Made by a program: the position numbers and the translations under genes. Source: Bdellovibrionota bacterium (GTDB taxonomy: Bacteria > Bdellovibrionota_C > UBA2361 > JAAYZI01). Taken from it: a stretch of DNA of 64,000 nucleotides. Shown here piece after piece: positions 58,841 through 64,000 of the stretch. Under the pieces are notes generated by a model. That model did not search any database and was not told where the DNA came from. It saw only the letters and a list, made by a program, of their open reading frames with translations. The first letter of the stretch is position 1. Each line of letters opens with the position of its first letter. The stretch lies in assembly GCA_050950765.1 (NCBI GenBank), contig JBMNIF010000003.1:224001-288000 (forward strand). Direction: 5' to 3'.

Positions 58841-60511
58841 ATGAAAAAAACTTGGTGGAAAGAAGGCGTTGTTTATCAGATATATCCACGTAGTTTCTTA
58901 GATACAAACGGAGACGGTATCGGAGACTTGCAGGGTATTATACAAAAACTTGACTATATTAAAGAATTAGGCGCTACCATTATCTGGATCTGCCCCGTCT
59001 TCGAATCCCCCAACTATGATAACGGTTATGATATCAGTGATTATAAAAAGATCATGCCGGAGTTTGGCACTATGCAAGATTTTGATCTACTCCTCTCGGA
59101 AGCTCATAAAAGAGGGTTAAGGCTTATCATTGATATGGTTGTAAACCATACCTCTTCACAACACCCATGGTTCTTAGAAAGTAAGAAAAGCACTGACAAT
59201 CCATATCGTGAATATTATATCTGGAGAGAAGGTAAAGACGGCTCACCACCAAATAATTGGGGCGCTTGCTTCGGAGGCAGCACTTGGGAAAAAGATGAAA
59301 CAACCGATTCTTACTATTTTCATTTCTTTTTACCACAACAACCTGATTTAAATTGGGACAACCCAGCCGTCAGAAAAGATATTTATGACATTATGAAGTG
59401 GTGGCTAGATAAAGGTGTGGACGGCTTTCGAATGGATGCTATTACGTATATCTCAAAATGTCCCACCATGCCGGATGGTGAAATAACAGAATCAGGTTAC
59501 GGCTACCCTAGACCTTTCGTGGCTAACGGTCCACATCTGCACGAATACTTAAAAGAGATGAACCGTACTGTGCTCTCGCACTATGACATCATGACCGTTG
59601 GAGAGACATCCGAATCAGGCATCGAAGATGCAAAACTCTTTGCCGGAGAAGATAGTAATGAGTTTAATATGATTTTGCACTTCGAACATATCTGTCTTGA
59701 CGGTGGAGACACATTTAAATGGACAAAACGCAAAATTGACCTGATAGAGATGAAAGATCTCTTTACTAAATGGCAAAACGGCATCGCAGGCAAAGCTTGG
59801 ATCGGATTGTATTGGAATAATCACGATCAACCACGCGCTCTAGCTAGACTTGGAGACGAAGGTACTTTTAGGGAAAAATCAGCTAAAATGATCGCCACTA
59901 ACACGCAACTTATGCAAGGCACCCCCTTTATCTATCAAGGAGAAGAGCTCGGCATGACTAACGCTACCTTTAATGACGTTAGTGAGTTGCGTGATCCGGA
60001 AAGTATTAATGCTTACCACAAGTACACACAATCAGGTCTCTATTCCACTCAAGAGATGCTTGAGATATTAAGCTTACGTGGTCGTGACAACGCTCGCACC
60101 CCGATGCAGTGGGATACTACACAGTACGCAGGTTTTTCAAACACGGAACCGTGGATTAAGGTTAATCAGAACTATAAAGAGATAAATGCTGCCGAACAGA
60201 TCTCACGAAAAGATTCTGTATTTAACTATTACAAACAACTTAATTCGCTACGTAAACACCATCAAGTTATCGTGTACGGCTCTTATGAGTTGCTGGATAG
60301 GGATAACCCCCAAGTTTATGCCTATACTAGAGAGCTTGATGGAGAAAAGATCTTGGTCGTTTGCAACTTTACGTCACGCACAGCTTTTTCTGAAATACCG
60401 TTAGAATTTAAAACAGAAAACTGCACTATCCTGATCGGTAACGACCCTGATAGTAAATACTTAGAGACGGCTGAATTATCCCCTTATGAAGCCATAGTTT
60501 TATTACGTTAA
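58841..60511 (+). CDS. GH13 alpha-glucosidase / oligo-1,6-glucosidase
   Basis: WWKEGVVYQIYPRSF, DNGYDISDY, DMVVNHTS, GVDGFRMD, TVGE, NNHDQPR, RDNARTPMQW. Confidence 0.95.
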   Translation: MKKTWWKEGVVYQIYPRSFLDTNGDGIGDLQGIIQKLDYIKELGATIIWICPVFESPNYDNGYDISDYKKIMPEFGTMQDFDLLLSEAHKRGLRLIIDMVVNHTSSQHPWFLESKKSTDNPYREYYIWREGKDGSPPNNWGACFGGSTWEKDETTDSYYFHFFLPQQPDLNWDNPAVRKDIYDIMKWWLDKGVDGFRMDAITYISKCPTMPDGEITESGYGYPRPFVANGPHLHEYLKEMNRTVLSHYDIMTVGETSESGIEDAKLFAGEDSNEFNMILHFEHICLDGGDTFKWTKRKIDLIEMKDLFTKWQNGIAGKAWIGLYWNNHDQPRALARLGDEGTFREKSAKMIATNTQLMQGTPFIYQGEELGMTNATFNDVSELRDPESINAYHKYTQSGLYSTQEMLEILSLRGRDNARTPMQWDTTQYAGFSNTEPWIKVNQNYKEINAAEQISRKDSVFNYYKQLNSLRKHHQVIVYGSYELLDRDNPQVYAYTRELDGEKILVVCNFTSRTAFSEIPLEFKTENCTILIGNDPDSKYLETAELSPYEAIVLLR

Positions 60512-60736
60512 AGGCACCTATTTTAACACTATTCAGCCTAAAGGTGGCAAATTATCGTGAGGAAGAGGGCAATATCTTCTTCCTCACAACAACCCCCTCA
60601 AACCTTTACTTAATTAAATTTATAACAAAAATCGACAAGTTCTTTCCTTCATTACGATAAATCAATTCATCTTTCTTTTTTTTCTTGTTAAGTAAAATAG
60701 TAAAAGTTGCCGATAACGCAAACAACTGGAGTGTCA

Positions 60737-61936
60737 ATGGCAAAAGGATTGTTAAAAAAAAACAAACAGGAAAAAGTTATAGAGAAAGGAGATCCTTTTA
60801 TAGGGAAACTCTTTAACGATCGTTATGAGATCGTAAGAAAGGTTGGAAAAGGATCTTATGGAGCAGTTTATGCCTGTCGCGATTATTATCTTGGCAACAG
60901 TATCGTTGCCCTAAAAATCTTACATCCGAAAGTTTTACGTTATGCTAACGCCGCCAAGCGTTTAGCACAAGAAATTCAAGCTGCCAACAGAATTGATCAT
61001 GAAAACATCGTGCGTTTTTACGATTTTTTTAGATGTAACGATCTATGTGCCATTACAATGGAGTTTATTAACGGGCCTTCTTTACGTAACTACATCGAAG
61101 AAAATGCACCGTTTGATTATACCTTTATAACAGAAGTTCTACGTCAAATCTGCACAGGGCTACAAGCTATCCATAATCACGATATAATTCACCGTGATAT
61201 GAAGCCTGATAATATTCTACTGGCAGATGGTTGGAATGCTAAGATCACAGATTTCGGTATCGCATATTTAATTGATGGCAATGATGAATACTCTTCAATG
61301 AAGGCGGATAATCAAAACTCAACAGGAACGGGAACAGGAGGAACAAAAAAGAAGCAGCTAGTTGGAACTATGCGTTACATTAGCCCAGAATCAATCGAGT
61401 TTGGACAATATGATAAACGCTCAGATATCTACGCTGTCGGAGTTATTCTATATGAAATGTTGATAGGAAAATACTTTTTCACCTATAAAAACGCTTCAGA
61501 ATTGATGAATATCAAGATAAAATTTGACCCAGACTCTCCCGCTACCATCCGTCGAGACTGTCCTTTAATGATGGAAAAGATCTGCGTTAAGGCTCTACAA
61601 CGGAACCCCGAGAACCGTTATCAATCTACAGAAGAAATTTTAGAAGATATCCGCATCTTGCGCTCTGAACTATCTGGTGCTGACTTTGATCCTACTAATG
61701 CTCTCTTTGTAGTGCCGGAACAGAACCTGCTACCACCTCCCCAAAGAGATCCCTTAAAGAAATTAAAAATAGCTTTTATCTTCCTTGCTATCGCGGCTAT
61801 GGTTGGCTGCTGTTATCTGTTGTTTGTTGAATTTAAATCTCTAGAGACCCCACCCACTTCAGTTATAGAGACCTCAAATGAAGATCTCCCAAAGGACGAC
61901 TCCCCGATCAAGATAACCGTCGGTAAAAAATCTTAA
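60737..61936 (+). CDS. Hanks-type Ser/Thr protein kinase with C-terminal TM
   Basis: GKGSYGAVY, VALK, HRDMKPDN, DFG, GTMRYISPE, SDIYAVG; GGAG RBS before ATG 60737. Confidence 0.93.
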   Translation: MAKGLLKKNKQEKVIEKGDPFIGKLFNDRYEIVRKVGKGSYGAVYACRDYYLGNSIVALKILHPKVLRYANAAKRLAQEIQAANRIDHENIVRFYDFFRCNDLCAITMEFINGPSLRNYIEENAPFDYTFITEVLRQICTGLQAIHNHDIIHRDMKPDNILLADGWNAKITDFGIAYLIDGNDEYSSMKADNQNSTGTGTGGTKKKQLVGTMRYISPESIEFGQYDKRSDIYAVGVILYEMLIGKYFFTYKNASELMNIKIKFDPDSPATIRRDCPLMMEKICVKALQRNPENRYQSTEEILEDIRILRSELSGADFDPTNALFVVPEQNLLPPPQRDPLKKLKIAFIFLAIAAMVGCCYLLFVEFKSLETPPTSVIETSNEDLPKDDSPIKITVGKKS

Positions 61937-63324
61937 AAGAATTCATCTTCTATACGTGCAATCGAGACCCCTTCAGCGATAAGATCCGGATCAGCTCGCT
62001 GTTCTTCCAAATTGTCAAAACGGGTAATCTCTGGGCTAAAGGCTAGTCTAGCAGTTCCGATCGGTCCATTACGATGTTTCGCTATGATAATTTCAGCAAC
62101 ACCCTTATCTTCTGAAGTTTCTTTATTGTAAACCTCATCACGATAAATAAACATGATAATATCAGCATCCTGCTCAATAGCGCCTGACTCACGCAACTCT
62201 GACATCATGGGGCGTTTGTCGGTACGACTTTCAACAGAACGGTTAAGTTGCGCTAATGCTAAGATCGGAATATTCAACTCCTTTGCTAACGCCTTTAACG
62301 ATCGCGAAATATCAGCAATCTCCTGTTCTCTATTCTGTTTATAAGTAGGACTCCGCATAAGCTGCAAGTAATCAACTACTATTACGGAAAGCTTTGTATC
62401 TTTATGTAGACGCCTCGCCTTGGCTCTAAGTTCAGTTACGGTTATGGCCGGTGTATCATCAATAAAGATCGGTGCTTCTGCAATCTTACTGGCGGCATCG
62501 ACTAAACGTGGGAAATCACGTTCCCCTAAATTACCGGTACGAACTTTTGAATTATCAACTCGTGCTTCAGAACAGAGCATCCTTAAAACAAGTTGCTCTT
62601 TTGACATTTCAAGAGAAAAGAGTGCCACAGGAGCACGCTCATAAATCCCTATCCACTGTGCGATCGATAACGCTAAAGATGTTTTTCCCATAGCTGGACG
62701 CGCAGCAAGGATAATCAGATCCGAAGGTTGCAAACCTGCTAACATCTTATCCAATTCATGAAATCCCGTCGGAACGCCTGTAATAGGCTCCTTTTTGTCG
62801 TACATTTTTTCTACGACCTTGATGGAATCTTGAACTATATCACCAACGCGGTGAAATGAAGCATGAATCCTATCATCAGAAACGCCTAAAATTTTCTGTT
62901 CCGCATGGTCAAGAAAATCATCAATACCTTCATCTACTTCAAAAGCTTTATTAATGATCTCTGTTGATTCATGAATAACTCGTCGCCTAAGCGACATATC
63001 TCGCACCATCTTGGCGTAATAACCAACATTAGCTGCGTTCGGAACGGCAGCAGCTAAACGCGCAATATTATCCATCCCACCGGACTCTTCAAGGGAACCG
63101 CGCATGCGCAATTCCTGCCCTAAGGTCAAGACATCTATCGGCTCACGACGATCCGACAACGCCTCCATAGCGCTAAAGATCTCGACATTGGCTGCTCTAT
63201 AAAAATCTTCAGAACGGAGCCTTTCCTGAACTACATTTATAGCATCATTATCTAAAAGGATACCTCCGATAACAGCTTCTTCAGCCTCAATAGAATGTGG
63301 GATAACACGCCCTGTCGCCGCCAC
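61933..63324 (-). CDS. dnaB: Replicative DNA helicase
   Basis: PHSIEAEEAVIG, AARPAMGKT, FSLEM, VDYLQL, LAQLNR, LRESGAIEQDAD, KHRNGP. Confidence 0.98.
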   Translation of the reverse strand: MAATGRVIPHSIEAEEAVIGGILLDNDAINVVQERLRSEDFYRAANVEIFSAMEALSDRREPIDVLTLGQELRMRGSLEESGGMDNIARLAAAVPNAANVGYYAKMVRDMSLRRRVIHESTEIINKAFEVDEGIDDFLDHAEQKILGVSDDRIHASFHRVGDIVQDSIKVVEKMYDKKEPITGVPTGFHELDKMLAGLQPSDLIILAARPAMGKTSLALSIAQWIGIYERAPVALFSLEMSKEQLVLRMLCSEARVDNSKVRTGNLGERDFPRLVDAASKIAEAPIFIDDTPAITVTELRAKARRLHKDTKLSVIVVDYLQLMRSPTYKQNREQEIADISRSLKALAKELNIPILALAQLNRSVESRTDKRPMMSELRESGAIEQDADIIMFIYRDEVYNKETSEDKGVAEIIIAKHRNGPIGTARLAFSPEITRFDNLEEQRADPDLIAEGVSIARIEDEFF

Positions 63325-63342
63325 TACTAAATCCTTATAAAA

Positions 63343-63999
63343 TTAATCACGCCAAATTGTCTCAGAATCGGAAAGATCGATCCACTTTGCTGCAGCTCTA
63401 AGAAGGTCACTATTAAACTGCCCAAAATCAGCGATAATAGTATCAACTCCAAACTCTTTTACAAGAGAAACAGGATATGAAAGATCACGACTCGGGCAAA
63501 CTATGGTGACAATTCTTTTCTCTTTAATACCAGAACCTTTTTCTTTAATATCAGAGCTCTGTTTAGGTGTCTGAGGCTCCGACGTTACTTTTGCAGAAGG
63601 AGAATTTACCATCCTGATACGTTCAAAACTGGTCACTCCTACCTGCGGTGTAAAACTACCTTCTCCAGCTTTGTAAACGCTGTTATCACTAAAGCTCTGC
63701 CATCCCATAGCAAAAGCTACAATATCGGCAGCCATCTCAACATCTACCGAAACTTGCCTAGTAACACCCTTAGGCGGTAAGCGCTTCACAACGACATCCA
63801 ACCCCACATTATAAATAGCATCAAGGAATGCCCGCTGACGTGAATCATCTTCATAAGGGATTAACGTATAATAACGAGCTACAACAGGTAGAGACCCAGA
63901 AGTCACCCCCTTAACAAGTTTTCCAATCTCTACTTTTTTATTTATACGCCTTGTAGCACGATCCAACCCAGTACCATCGATAAACAGCCCCACGACCCT
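63343..63999 (-). CDS. NYN (LabA/DUF88, PIN-like) domain protein, probably 5'-truncated by the window edge
   Basis: GLFIDG, ARYY, SVDVEMAAD, SDLLRAAAKWIDL; frame stays open to the window end. Confidence 0.75.
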   Translation of the reverse strand, partial: RVVGLFIDGTGLDRATRRINKKVEIGKLVKGVTSGSLPVVARYYTLIPYEDDSRQRAFLDAIYNVGLDVVVKRLPPKGVTRQVSVDVEMAADIVAFAMGWQSFSDNSVYKAGEGSFTPQVGVTSFERIRMVNSPSAKVTSEPQTPKQSSDIKEKGSGIKEKRIVTIVCPSRDLSYPVSLVKEFGVDTIIADFGQFNSDLLRAAAKWIDLSDSETIWRD

Positions 64000-64000
64000 A

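Overview
AT-rich bacterial chromosomal window of mostly core genes. The organism is a diderm (lpxD, lnt, OmpA) and flagellated; the DUF4390/ntrY arrangement and divergent proteins suggest a Bdellovibrionota/deltaproteobacteria-like lineage, which is inference only. Recognisable genes: ntrY-like kinase (partial), ruvB, ruvA, yebC, lpxD, a pseudaminic-acid cluster (pseB, pseC, pseI, pseF), fba, manA, plsB-like, feoAB with a DtxR-family regulator and operator, flagellin, trxA, hemY, ispG, rpmG, tyrS, Smr protein, dciA, ftsB, lnt, mscL, GH13 glucosidase, Ser/Thr kinase and dnaB. I saw no rRNA, tRNA, transposase, integrase or CRISPR-Cas. Most notable: (1) a non-coding, GC-rich 3x75-bp structured tandem array bounded by an inverted repeat behind the Smr gene; (2) a Pse cluster lacking pseG/pseH but carrying an endonuclease-IV-like metalloenzyme and a formyltransferase, with pseI split by an in-frame TAA; (3) a stand-alone promoter-hairpin-terminator sRNA candidate near 9.9 kb; (4) several intact ORFs that look like pseudoenzymes (RibBA, triple-SLT protein, P1B-ATPase, PRTase, NYN). 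All calls come from reading motifs by eye; no searches were run.
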